In this document: one piece after another, positions 54,258 through 64,000 of the stretch
Layout of the letters: the number at the start of each line of letters is the position of its first letter
Numbering within the stretch: the stretch's first letter is position 1
Source of the DNA: Trypanosoma brucei
Lineage: Eukaryota
Assembly (NCBI GenBank): GCA_000002445.1
Contig: CP000071.1
Location: 1,152,001-1,216,000, forward strand
Reading direction: 5' to 3'
DNA length: 64,000 bases
The notes under the pieces: model-generated
Databases searched by the model: none
Told to the model about the DNA's origin: nothing
What the model saw: only the letters and a program-made list of their open reading frames with translations
Position numbers and translations under genes: made by a program

Positions 54258-56030
54258 CTACTCCAGCGCCGGCAGTCGCACAAAAGTAGATCTTGCATTC
54301 GGTGGACTTGCTATGAGCAACCACAGCAGCATGATGGCAAGAAGGCCCAAGAGCACTGAGGAGGCGATTCCTGCAGCACGCAGGTCCTCATGCACCTGGA
54401 ACTGAAGCTCGTCTACACACAGAGATTCATTGAAGGAAATGTACTGACAATCATCCACACACTTCACCATGCAGAATGGTGATAGGTGATCCCACTCCTC
54501 TTGTCGTACCAATTCATCAAGAAACTTCCGTGTCCAGTTCCATGGAGACGAGAACAACCGCTTCTGTAGTTCTTGCTTGCTCCTACCAGGAGGCCCTTGG
54601 TAGTTGGTAATAAGGATGTTCTTGTCGAAGTTCTCTAGAGCTGTCAAGTTTGTCCACGTCGAAACATTTGTACCACCAGGCACGTCATTGTAACCTGGGG
54701 GGAGGAAAACAGCAAAAAAGTCATCTGTGCCGAAAGCGATCTCAACATCCCTCATAATCCACGAATACAGAGCATGCATAAGTTTTACATCATCAATTGG
54801 GAACGAAGAAGCGCGAAAGGCGGCAACAGCTGTGGGTCTCGGAGGTGAAGGGGGATCCGGATTGGGAGTAATCGGCGGCGGCGGCGGCGGCGGTGGTGGT
54901 GGTGGCGGTGGCGGTGGCGGCTGCACTGATGGTGATGGTGACGGCGATGCTGATGGGCTGGGAGAAGGTGATGGCGGCACCGAAGGCGTGGGAGGGGGCG
55001 TTGGTGGAGGCGTTGGCGTCGGTGTATAGCCTACATCACGAATGGCATACACGGCCGTTTCTGTTGTAGCATAATACTCTTTGTCATTCACCCTCAACAA
55101 TGAGACAATCCGATCATAGTCCCATTTCAACATTGACTGCGCACACCATTGGGATGCTGGAGATGGGCGTTCCACCTCTAGTGACATGATGTACCCCTCT
55201 CCATTGGGCTCACCGTAATAATATAGTTTATCCTCTGCTTGAGTCAGCATCAGAGCACTTTTGTAGTGCAGACACGTCACATCACCTATATCCTTACTTT
55301 TTCCAATATCAGACTCCCCAGTTTTGCTCAAATTAACCGCTGCAATCCATGAGGTGTTTTTTACGACATACATCATGTTCTTTTCTTTGCTTATTTGCAT
55401 CACACCAGGTTGGAAGCCAGCGACTAGTGTAGTTACCACTGTGTTATTAGCATCCAGTGGCACATAAAGGATCTGCGAATTGCCTGTGTCGGAAATGAAT
55501 AGATTCTGAGTCCCGTTCAATGTGAATGGGAGAATATCCTTCGGTTTGTTAAGGTCTTGTGGTCCATATCTGGTTACATTGCCCTCAGCATCTATTCGCC
55601 TAATACAGTTGTTATCCCTGTCTGCCACGTAAATATCATCGTTGACGCTTACAACTGAGGTGGGATTGTTGAATAGTGCATCTCCCTTGGGGCCGTCTTT
55701 ATTACCACGTTGCGTCAGACTGCCTGCAATTGTATATATGCCAGTTTTGTTTACGAGTCGCACGGTGGATCCACCACCTTCGATATCACATAAAAGTAAA
55801 GGAAAACGCTTCTTTTGGAAGAAACCACCAGACGCCTTGAAAAGTTTTCCCTTTGCACTTTCGCCATCCGCCTGCCCAACAGTACAAGTAGTACAACTGT
55901 TGAAGAGGTTCACAATCACCTTGGTGCCCACGGTTTGGTCTCCTATAACGGGACTCACAAAACCCAGCAGCAGCAACAACGCTGCCACGAGTGCGGCCAA
56001 TGCTTCCCGTGATTCAGTCCTGCCACCCAT
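54258..56030 (-). CDS. NHL-repeat putative surface protein, paralog B (590 aa), with an expanded poly-Pro/Ser-Pro linker
   Basis: The first 46 aa are identical to paralog A. The remainder is about 75-80% identical to A. A 60-aa insertion 'PPTPSVPPSPSPSPSASPSPSPSVQPPPPPPPPPPPPPPPPITPNPDPPSPP' is present. C-terminal TM 'LLGLLAIMLLWLLIA'. Confidence 0.6.
   Translation of the reverse strand: MGGRTESREALAALVAALLLLLGFVSPVIGDQTVGTKVIVNLFNSCTTCTVGQADGESAKGKLFKASGGFFQKKRFPLLLCDIEGGGSTVRLVNKTGIYTIAGSLTQRGNKDGPKGDALFNNPTSVVSVNDDIYVADRDNNCIRRIDAEGNVTRYGPQDLNKPKDILPFTLNGTQNLFISDTGNSQILYVPLDANNTVVTTLVAGFQPGVMQISKEKNMMYVVKNTSWIAAVNLSKTGESDIGKSKDIGDVTCLHYKSALMLTQAEDKLYYYGEPNGEGYIMSLEVERPSPASQWCAQSMLKWDYDRIVSLLRVNDKEYYATTETAVYAIRDVGYTPTPTPPPTPPPTPSVPPSPSPSPSASPSPSPSVQPPPPPPPPPPPPPPPPITPNPDPPSPPRPTAVAAFRASSFPIDDVKLMHALYSWIMRDVEIAFGTDDFFAVFLPPGYNDVPGGTNVSTWTNLTALENFDKNILITNYQGPPGRSKQELQKRLFSSPWNWTRKFLDELVRQEEWDHLSPFCMVKCVDDCQYISFNESLCVDELQFQVHEDLRAAGIASSVLLGLLAIMLLWLLIASPPNARSTFVRLPALE
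54878..54932. repeat. GGC/GGT trinucleotide repeat (about 18 units) encoding the poly-proline run of paralog B
   Basis: The sequence reads 'ggcggcggcggcggcggcggtggtggtggtggcggtggcggtggcggc'. Confidence 0.9.
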
Positions 56031-56401
56031 TCCTGTTGCTCCACACTGTGATTCTATCAGTCAGTCGCTATATGTATATATATATATATATGTATATACC
56101 CCACGGATCTACCGTTGGGAAACAAACCTCAACCACAAAAGCGACCTATTAGCTCTGCTCAGTGAACTCACAACTCCCTTTAGTTGTCTTGTGATGATAT
56201 TATTATTCACACATCAGAACAAAGGAAAACAAAGGAAGCCAAAGGAAGACAAAAGAGGAGAAAGGAATCCGACACGTGAGAGAGAACAACAGTGGACGCA
56301 GACAGACGAAAGAAAAACACAGATGCATTGAAGCCACGCATTTAGGGTTGGGGAAACATATTCAGAGTTTGAAAGCCACGCTTCACTCCTTCGTATTTTG
56401 A

Positions 56402-57130
56402 CTAAGGCAACGCAGACCCGCCACCCGCCGGTCCCTTACCAATGTGGAGGAAATTGCAGTACTTCCCACGCCTGCAGCCCTCCCGAGTGAGGAAGAAAGT
56501 ACATACCCTGCCATATGTTGCATTTCCCACGTGGCGCTCATTTCGACGGATCTGTGAGAGGCGGTAATCCTCAGAAGAGGATGCTGCACTGGTTGGGAGC
56601 AGTGGGGAACCTGCAGGGGATGGCAGTGGTGTAGCCATGTTCTGTTGATGAGCAGAGTTTCGACCACCCGCCACAACCCCTATTCCCTGTGACGGAGGGG
56701 CATGTGGTAGTGATGAGGATGCGGTACCCCCCGCACATCCGTAAGGCGGTGTGGTGCCAGTAGCGCTGTTGTGTGGCAGGGGGCACTCCCTCATACGTCC
56801 TTCGGCATTAGCGTCCCGCGGACGACCTGAGGCTACTTGGAGTTCTATAGAGAAGGGGTCGGGGCAGTTAACGCCACAGTGTCCGTTTATGGCTGAATAG
56901 AATTCCATAAGTGCCTGATGCGCTACGTGTGTCGGTGGGCGCAGCGAGAGGACGTTAGGTGTAGCAACGGACAACACTTTCTCCGATGATAGCGGTTGGT
57001 ACGGCGAGTTCTGAATCTTGCGCACGAGGCACACTGCCGATGGGGCTGCATGCTCCACAATGTAGTTCACCATCGCTCTCGTTGTGAGTTGCTGGGTAGT
57101 TGACGTTGCTTCCGCAGACGAGATGGTCAT
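56402..57130 (-). CDS. CCCH-type zinc-finger protein, copy B
   Basis: Translation is identical to 46784..47512. Confidence 0.6.
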   Translation of the reverse strand: MTISSAEATSTTQQLTTRAMVNYIVEHAAPSAVCLVRKIQNSPYQPLSSEKVLSVATPNVLSLRPPTHVAHQALMEFYSAINGHCGVNCPDPFSIELQVASGRPRDANAEGRMRECPLPHNSATGTTPPYGCAGGTASSSLPHAPPSQGIGVVAGGRNSAHQQNMATPLPSPAGSPLLPTSAASSSEDYRLSQIRRNERHVGNATYGRVCTFFLTREGCRRGKYCNFLHIGKGPAGGGSALP

Positions 57131-57364
57131 TCAACTGCACGCGTATATACCCCCCACCCGTGCGGTTTTACAATGTTTCCGGGAGAAGAAATGAGGCTAC
57201 CTTACCTTGGGATATTCACCCACACAAACGGAAATTATCAACGATCCTACCTGCTTCGGGGTGGTTCTTCACATGCATCTGAACAAACCAACAACCAGTA
57301 GCAGCACAGCAACAATGTACAACAAGTATACAATCACACCATCCCTCTTACATAGATTCTCCTT

Positions 57365-58078
57365 TTAGTCTTCCTCATCCTCTTTCCCTTCGTAACACAC
57401 CTCACTTTCCTCCACTTCCTCATCGCTACTTTCCGATTCAACACCCGAAAAACATTGCCGCCGCAGATTCAAAACCCCACGCGAGTAGTACGTTGCCATT
57501 CTTTCCACAGGAAGACTTAGGAAGTCCTGCACGCATGACGCTCTGTGCTCTTGCATGAATGCTATCACGGCCCACAGTTCAGCCATAGCCCAGATGTCAC
57601 TACGGAGGGGACTCTTCTTTTCTGCTTCACCATCCTTTGCAGCGATCGCCACGTGGTCAGTCTTGCTATTATTGTTAGCATGTGACATAGCCCCAGCAAG
57701 ACACATGTGCTCACCAACGAACTTCACTAGCCTATAGTTATGATTGGGATGCACCGTAACGTTTCCAGTGTTGGGACATGGTAGCAATAGGATAGGGGTC
57801 TCCTCATCCGTTATGTCCTGCAGCAACACACCCGCTTGTCCAAGTAGTTGCCGAAGGTTCAGGGACGGTGCGGCAGAGGGCACCTGAGTTACCCTCCCAT
57901 TAATGCGGATAACAAAGTGCGCCTCCTCATCGGTTCCACACTCCTTAGATCGGCCGCGCTTGCGAGTTCCCTTAACCACTTCTTGACCCGCCAATCGTGT
58001 CATGACCTCTACCAATACCTTTAGTGATTGATCAACGGGGGAGAAAATCTTAGATAAGCACATATGGATGGCGCGCAA
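57365..58078 (-). CDS. Hypothetical small acidic-tail protein, copy B
   Basis: Identical to 47747..48460. Confidence 0.45.
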   Translation of the reverse strand: MRAIHMCLSKIFSPVDQSLKVLVEVMTRLAGQEVVKGTRKRGRSKECGTDEEAHFVIRINGRVTQVPSAAPSLNLRQLLGQAGVLLQDITDEETPILLLPCPNTGNVTVHPNHNYRLVKFVGEHMCLAGAMSHANNNSKTDHVAIAAKDGEAEKKSPLRSDIWAMAELWAVIAFMQEHRASCVQDFLSLPVERMATYYSRGVLNLRRQCFSGVESESSDEEVEESEVCYEGKEDEED

Positions 58079-58458
58079 CTGAAGTTGGGATGGCGGCTCG
58101 ACTGATGCAACGTGACGACCAATCTTATCCTAGTCAGAGTGACGTGGTGTAGGTATGGTGAGGCCACTGCAGTCGGAACGCTGAGAGTGTTCAGCACTAA
58201 AAACATTTCACGGGAGGATCCCTAAACTGACACAGCAACTGTTCATATGTCCACTACACGATGAACCAGGGATACCATCGCGGAGGTGTAATTTAATCCA
58301 CAGACACTGCGGGAGGTATTGCTGGGGTTAGATCTCGAATAGTGCTACAGGCACTCAACAATTGCCGGACACAAAAGACTAATGGACACACACACCGCTT
58401 TCTTTGCCTAAAGTGCAGCCCTGGAAAGTTACAAATAAGGAATGACAGGTACCGTGAG

Positions 58459-59979
58459 TTAACCGGTGTCGTTGGTCGACACAACCATTAGTTCCCTCAG
58501 GCGCTCTCTATATTCCTGTGCTACAACCCCATCCAGAGCAACTGTTATTCCGGCTGTGTTGCCACACTTCTGCTGCTGTTCTGCAAGCAGGATGCTGTAA
58601 ACACTCTGCAATTCAGGAAGAGAACCCGCCGCCCGTAGACGCGCCACGTCTCGGTACGAGCGAAACATTCCTGCGGTACGTGCTTCACACACCACGCGTC
58701 TGCAAATATTTGGCAGAGCATCCAGTTCCCGCCCCCAGAACCGCGCGTCTGACCCAGCAGCGGCCACATTCCGAAAGAACTCCAAACCCGTCAGTCGCTC
58801 GATTTCTACCACAGGCACCTGGTAAGCTGTGAGGGGCCGCTCCACGGCAATCGGTTCGTTCGGCATTAGGAAGGCAGCAGCTTCATGTGCCCCGTCCGCT
58901 CGCTCACCTAATATAACTTTGAAGAGGTGTGTGGGGACCGCAACGTCGCGCTTGCCCACAAGCTCATAGCAGACAATCTTCCGCAAGTGCACTGCTGCCT
59001 TGTCATTTCCACAGTGGCAGTGTTCTCCAGAAGCCAACACTCCGCTACTCACAGGTTTTACTGGAGACGGACATTGCGATGGTTCCGCCCACCGCCACGT
59101 GCGCACATCACCATCCACGAGCCGCGGGTGGAAGACAGGTCCCGTCACTACCCACAATCCCCTCTCATAATACCGCCGCAACTTCCGTGTGAGGTTTTCC
59201 AACCGCAGCCAGTCGACAGCATTCATTGTCATGTCCTGTGGTACAGTGTTCGCATTCATGTTAAAGGTCTGAGCCAACTCAACAGTAGAGCTCTTGTGAA
59301 ACTGTGCGGCAGCAAGGTGACCTCGGCTGAGGCCTCGTGAGTGCTGTCCCCTGCCACCCCCAATATAGTCACCGGGCTGCACGCGGAACAACTGAGGCAC
59401 CGTCATGTCCGCAAAGAACCTCATTCCATCTCGCTGGGCTTCCGCTGCGGAAGCGTTTACTAAGTCGTTATCAGCCGTGACCACTGAATCAGCAGCAGTG
59501 GTCCTGCCGGGGATGTACTCCAACACCCAATTAGGGATACGACGCTCATAATTCAGACTAGAAACAAAGCCTTTGTAGTAGCGCAGGTGATCGTCGGACG
59601 GAAGCCCCTTGCTTGTAAGTCTTAGCACGAAAGGAGTAGTTTCCCCACCATCGTCGTTACACCTCTCCTTGGGGTATGCGGGCTGTGGGCATTGCACGTG
59701 TAACACCTCCGGACTTGTGCGCTCAGTCATCTGTTGATACGGAACAGGCGATGGATGGCATTTGTCCACACCAAACCAACCACCACGCTCCACAACCATT
59801 CCTATCGCGCCTCCCGCCAGCGCCGTACCAAGGAAGGCAAAGGCACGTCCCACGGAGGAAGCAGAAACCGCCATCGTATGCTTCTTCCTGCAGTTGATGC
59901 CACAAAGTGTAATAGAAGGAGTAAGTGGGATGACAGTGCACGTATCAGTGGGCATGAGCCGTACGGTGATGCGATGCAT
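58459..59979 (-). CDS. Endonuclease G-like nuclease, copy B
   Basis: Identical to 48841..50361 except for one residue (A vs V near the C-terminus). Confidence 0.65.
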   Translation of the reverse strand: MHRITVRLMPTDTCTVIPLTPSITLCGINCRKKHTMAVSASSVGRAFAFLGTALAGGAIGMVVERGGWFGVDKCHPSPVPYQQMTERTSPEVLHVQCPQPAYPKERCNDDGGETTPFVLRLTSKGLPSDDHLRYYKGFVSSLNYERRIPNWVLEYIPGRTTAADSVVTADNDLVNASAAEAQRDGMRFFADMTVPQLFRVQPGDYIGGGRGQHSRGLSRGHLAAAQFHKSSTVELAQTFNMNANTVPQDMTMNAVDWLRLENLTRKLRRYYERGLWVVTGPVFHPRLVDGDVRTWRWAEPSQCPSPVKPVSSGVLASGEHCHCGNDKAAVHLRKIVCYELVGKRDVAVPTHLFKVILGERADGAHEAAAFLMPNEPIAVERPLTAYQVPVVEIERLTGLEFFRNVAAAGSDARFWGRELDALPNICRRVVCEARTAGMFRSYRDVARLRAAGSLPELQSVYSILLAEQQQKCGNTAGITVALDGVVAQEYRERLRELMVVSTNDTG

Positions 59980-60950
59980 TTTACGTATCGCTATGAGGTC
60001 CTTCCGTCCACATGACGAATACAGCTACAAATGATCTTGCACTACAGCGGGTGGTATTAACGATAAGGTTACATCAGCTTCAGCACACTTTGCTTCTGCT
60101 TTTAACCCTAGACTTATCTAATCCCTGCCGCCCACGCAGTTGCATAATTAAATAGAAGATAATAAGGGAGAATGAAAATGAATGAAGATGGGAAAATACG
60201 GTGAAGGAACACAAAGGGCACTATAGCAGTATAGGAGCACGCCACAAGAAGATGTGCTCGGACAAGCGGATGGATCACCAACAAGATAGGGGACCTTCGG
60301 AGGGTTTCACAGTTGGAGTCAGCATGGACTCACCTCAAAGGAAGACAAATAAGGGAAAAGAATAGAAAAAATAAAATTACGTTCCCCTGTGGCACAACGA
60401 CGGCAAGCGTCGGGGTACCTGAAGCTGTACAGGCGTGCTCGCTGTAGCGACCGCGCAGTCTTGTATTGTGCACTGCTTCACTGTAACATGATAGTTCATA
60501 CCCCAATATATGTTGCCTACAACCTTGTCCCCTACACACTCAGATGACACCGCACCAGTGGCATGCGGAACCGTAGTGGTAGGAGGCGGCAACCCAGGAA
60601 CCTCCAGCAGCTGAAAATATAATTTTGATGGAGAGATCTCTAGATAGAGCCGGCGTCTATGTATAAACATGCCGGCTGCACTGAGGCCGGCGTAGGGTAA
60701 CCCCAGAGCCGATGCCAACAACAACAAAAAAAAGAAATAACGACCGATCAATAACGATAAGAATGATAATGGTGGAAATACATGTACATGTACGGGAGCA
60801 CATGAATAACTAGTGAATAGCGAAAATAGCGATCAGTTGAGTTACTGAGACCTTTCCACCCTGCTCTCACTCAGTTACTGCAAGCACGTGTTGCATGGGA
60901 GTGGAAGGACAGTAAGACATTGCGCATGTTTGTGTGATAGTCTAGGAAAT

Positions 60951-63209
60951 TCACTGCTCGACCCTTTCTTTGTTGCCGTAGGCAGATGCGTAATCTTGCT
61001 CATCCTCATCCAGTGTACTCACGAATTTCGGACGAGCGGGTGCGACTACGGCGGCAAGGCGTCTGCGTTTCGATGTGAACACGACAGCTAACACGATGAG
61101 GACGGCTACGATAAGTGCACACACTACCGCGATTATGATTAGGCACACGCGACCGCACTTTGGCGCCTTCTCTGTGGTGGGTCTGACGGTATCGTTGTTC
61201 AGGTGGTCGTTCAAGTCTTGCCAGTCAATCTCACCGACGCATTCCGACACATCGAACGTATAGTTTCCAGGAATGAATACTTCGTACAGACTCATCTCAA
61301 CGTAGGGTGGCTGGTAAAAAAGCGATACCGTGCGGTTCGTTATCGTGGACTGGCATACTCCAGTTACATTGCTATCAAGTGCCGTGGCAATGGTGGTTCG
61401 GCTATGGTCACCAACCTCTTCCCTACGTGCCATGCTTCTCCCGGTGCTACGTTCTTCACATTTCTTTATTTGATTCATCACCTCGTCGTGTATGTACCAG
61501 CGTACTTCCTGTTCCTCATCCGGAGTCAGTGATGAGAAGTTGAACGGGGGATTGGAGAAGGTTACATCGACGTGAGTGTCCGAGCTCCGCAAGTATTTGA
61601 TGAATGAGTGGGCAGTCTCAGTGAGGTTCGCATCTGACAGCAAGTCGTGGGTCACGGTGTTGTTGAACGAGGCTGGCATCAGTAGCTTCACTGTTGTGAT
61701 ATTTTCAGCGTCACTGCTCTCAGCCTTAAGGGGCATGTCCGCGTAGATGAGCGTGAAATTGAGTACCTCACCCGCCTCCTTTGCGAGCTTCCGACGGAGA
61801 GCATCAAGACTCAGGCGATTGCAATATGGGACCATTGTGCTGTCCATGTACACCTGTTCGTCAGTAAGGTTGTAGTACTCATCCGCAGCCTCCTTTGTGT
61901 GTTCATAGTTACTCTCGTGCAAGGCCTGTTCGGTTTTCTCGTCATCAAAGTCCGGCTGTTGCACACCGGCGGTGAAATTCGTTAGCCATGTTGTGGAGTC
62001 CACATGTACGGAAGAAGAGGCAACAATACTTTCGGTGGTGCCGAGCGCAGTGTTGATGTCCTCAGTGAGGTTCCCCACAATCCACTCCATGATGTCTTTA
62101 TCAGGGTATCCAACTGGTAACGGGCGCCCGGGGAAGAGACCCTGCACGTACACTGGTGGAAGTGTCACAGAACGCAGGACACTTTTCTTTTCCGATGTAA
62201 CATACATTTCGTACTCCGTCACCACGAGCAATCGGGTTATCTCACAAAGAAGCGTGTCATCTCCCTCAGTATTGGGAAGACACGAGTTCGTGCTTCCTCC
62301 GGCGAATCGTTTCGTCGTAAGTTTATTACCGTCGGTCGAAACGCGGTGTAACTCATTTTGTGTTGCCGCGAGTAGATCACCAGACCGTGTGCTGGTAATG
62401 TCCACATATTCACCATCCACCTCTGCGATCTTGTGGCCCTGCAGGTCGAACCAGCAGATGGTGCCCTGCTTCGCGGGGCCGCGAGCAACAACAAAGATGC
62501 CCTGCTGCGTGGCGGCAATGCCGATGGGACCATAGATACTGCAGTTTGCACTCAGAGCCACGTGGCTGTGACATGCGATTGGGTCACCGTCGCTTCCCAC
62601 TTCACACGTCCATACAGTATTTGTGTTTTGCTCTGTCAGATACAGGTGGTTCCCGTACAAAGCTACGCCTGTCAGCGAGCCATTGCGGACTACGTCATGA
62701 GAGAAGACACCGCTGTCCTTGAAATACTTCACCTCACCCATACTCTCAACAAAGTAAACAAATGTGGAGCCACCAACTGTCCACTGCACGCAGGCGCGCG
62801 GTTTGTCAACTTTGACACTACGCGACCCGCTTTTCTGATCCTCGTCTGTCTCCCATGCCGTGATTGTAGTGGTCTCACGGTTCTTGCGCGAGAAGGCACG
62901 GAAGCGGTCAACTGTCCCCAAAAGGATCTCGTCACTATTCCTGCCTCTGCACATAGCGTGGGGTGACGATAATTCCGACATGCCAGGGAACCCGTCCTTA
63001 TCACCAATATGACCGTACTTGCCAGCGACGGTGGTCACATGGCGCTTCAGTTCAATGGGAGCGGCTCCACTTCTCACTACAATCGTTGCGACGGTGGCCA
63101 CGAGCAAAAGCATCTGGGATACGTAACCTAAGTGCACGGTTCCTACTACTTCCCTCACATTCATTGTTTCCACCTCACAGTTGGTTTGTTTCCACAACGG
63201 CATGCGCAA
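60951..63209 (-). CDS. NHL/beta-propeller-like type-I TM glycoprotein (752 aa), copy B
   Basis: Identical to 51333..53591. Confidence 0.6.
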   Translation of the reverse strand: MRMPLWKQTNCEVETMNVREVVGTVHLGYVSQMLLLVATVATIVVRSGAAPIELKRHVTTVAGKYGHIGDKDGFPGMSELSSPHAMCRGRNSDEILLGTVDRFRAFSRKNRETTTITAWETDEDQKSGSRSVKVDKPRACVQWTVGGSTFVYFVESMGEVKYFKDSGVFSHDVVRNGSLTGVALYGNHLYLTEQNTNTVWTCEVGSDGDPIACHSHVALSANCSIYGPIGIAATQQGIFVVARGPAKQGTICWFDLQGHKIAEVDGEYVDITSTRSGDLLAATQNELHRVSTDGNKLTTKRFAGGSTNSCLPNTEGDDTLLCEITRLLVVTEYEMYVTSEKKSVLRSVTLPPVYVQGLFPGRPLPVGYPDKDIMEWIVGNLTEDINTALGTTESIVASSSVHVDSTTWLTNFTAGVQQPDFDDEKTEQALHESNYEHTKEAADEYYNLTDEQVYMDSTMVPYCNRLSLDALRRKLAKEAGEVLNFTLIYADMPLKAESSDAENITTVKLLMPASFNNTVTHDLLSDANLTETAHSFIKYLRSSDTHVDVTFSNPPFNFSSLTPDEEQEVRWYIHDEVMNQIKKCEERSTGRSMARREEVGDHSRTTIATALDSNVTGVCQSTITNRTVSLFYQPPYVEMSLYEVFIPGNYTFDVSECVGEIDWQDLNDHLNNDTVRPTTEKAPKCGRVCLIIIAVVCALIVAVLIVLAVVFTSKRRRLAAVVAPARPKFVSTLDEDEQDYASAYGNKERVEQ

Positions 63210-63875
63210 TCGAGAAATTACAGTGGGGTCACTAGCCTCTGCCTTACCTAACGCGAAAGGATCCAGTGTTCTGTTAACTTCCTCTAATTACCTGCCCTCA
63301 GAGAGAGGCCGGCTACAATTCCTTATATGGCACCCCAGAAGCGCGGCACAAGAGTCGCGGGCAACGAAGACGCAAAAAAGAAGGAAAGGGATAGACAAAG
63401 AATAGGTACGCGAAGAGACTTTTGGTCATTGGAACGCCAAAACTCGTATGTAATGTATACAGGTGACTGTTCACGCAGAACCTGCAAATGTTGCTTCCAA
63501 CTCTACGGTCTCTTCTAAAACGATGCAGCTGCAAAATCAAAAGTGCCTTTTAAAACATATTGCGTAGCAAATTTTTTTTTCTTTGGGGGGGGGAGGTAGT
63601 GGAGGGAAAACATTTTAAATGGGTATACCTATTCTATCACTTACGTAATCACACGCTTTTTCTTACTGTCATAAATACGTATTTTCTGCACAAAAAGATT
63701 TGTTTCCTCACCCAAAATGAGCAAGGTGTAGCCATCACATGACGACCAGAAACGCACACCCACCCAACTCTAACCTCATGCGAAGTAGTCGCAGAGGTTG
63801 CCTCTCACTATTCCCCACCGGCTGTCACCTCCATTACGTATCCATGAGTGACTCCGAAGTCACTTGCAGCTCCAA

Positions 63876-64000
63876 CTACTCCAGCGCCGGCAGTCGCACA
63901 AAAGTAGATCTTGCATTCGGTGGACTTGCTATGAGCAACCACAGCAGCATGATGGCAAGAAGGCCCAAGAGCACTGAGGAGGCGATTCCTGCAGCACGCA
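63876..64000 (-). CDS. 3' end (C-terminal codons) of a third NHL-repeat surface-protein paralog, truncated by the window edge
   Basis: 63876-64000 is identical to 54258-54382, which is the 3' end of the 590-aa paralog B gene. Confidence 0.5.
   Translation of the reverse strand, partial: RAAGIASSVLLGLLAIMLLWLLIASPPNARSTFVRLPALE

Larger units (their letters stand above)
55892..63875. repeat. Near-identical tandem segmental duplication, unit B
   Basis: Counterpart of 46275-54257 at an offset of +9618. Sequence from 63876 to the window end matches 54258-54382, i.e. a third unit starts there. Confidence 0.9.

Noticed and set aside
54727-55029. Plus-strand 100-aa ORF rich in poly-Gly ('GGGGGGGGGGGGGG')
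   Set aside because: This is the antisense reading of the (GGY)n tract that encodes poly-Pro in the NHL paralog B gene.

Overview
This window reads as a nuclear chromosome segment from a trypanosomatid, most likely a Trypanosoma species, and not as prokaryotic DNA. Every convincing protein-coding ORF (about 27) lies on the minus strand with no introns, as in a kinetoplastid directional polycistronic gene cluster. Genes are separated by spacers of roughly 0.3-1.5 kb. Viewed on the coding (minus) strand, several spacers carry poly-T/pyrimidine tracts upstream of start codons, consistent with trans-splicing signals.

Contents in order along the plus strand:
- A Nopp140-like nucleolar phosphoprotein gene (105-3722) built around about 25 near-identical 114-bp (38-aa) tandem repeats.
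- A three-unit tandem array of 2.6-kb units (4575-12310). Each unit encodes a PLAC8-type cysteine-rich protein. The N-terminal (PPPPAGYGQ)n minisatellite has 0, 7 and 12 copies in the three genes.
- A run of single-copy housekeeping-type genes: thymidylate kinase with an N-terminal extension, an MMS19-like HEAT-repeat protein, a zinc-dependent dehydrogenase/quinone oxidoreductase family protein, an ABC1/ADCK/UbiB-type atypical kinase, a long coiled-coil protein, and several hypothetical proteins.
- A 6.3-kb ORF-poor stretch (19985-26281).
- A complex tandem segmental duplication covering the last 21 kb. Two almost base-identical units of about 9.6 kb each carry a CCCH zinc-finger protein, a small acidic protein, an endonuclease-G-like (DRGH-motif) nuclease and a 752-aa NHL-repeat transmembrane protein. 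Each unit is headed by a diverged paralog of a second NHL-repeat, signal-peptide/TM-anchored putative surface protein (546 aa and 590 aa). A partial relic unit lies upstream (42850-44222). A third unit begins at the window edge.

No CRISPR arrays, rRNA genes, or confidently identifiable tRNA genes or transposons were found. The large plus-strand ORFs that overlap repeats are frame-shadow artefacts.
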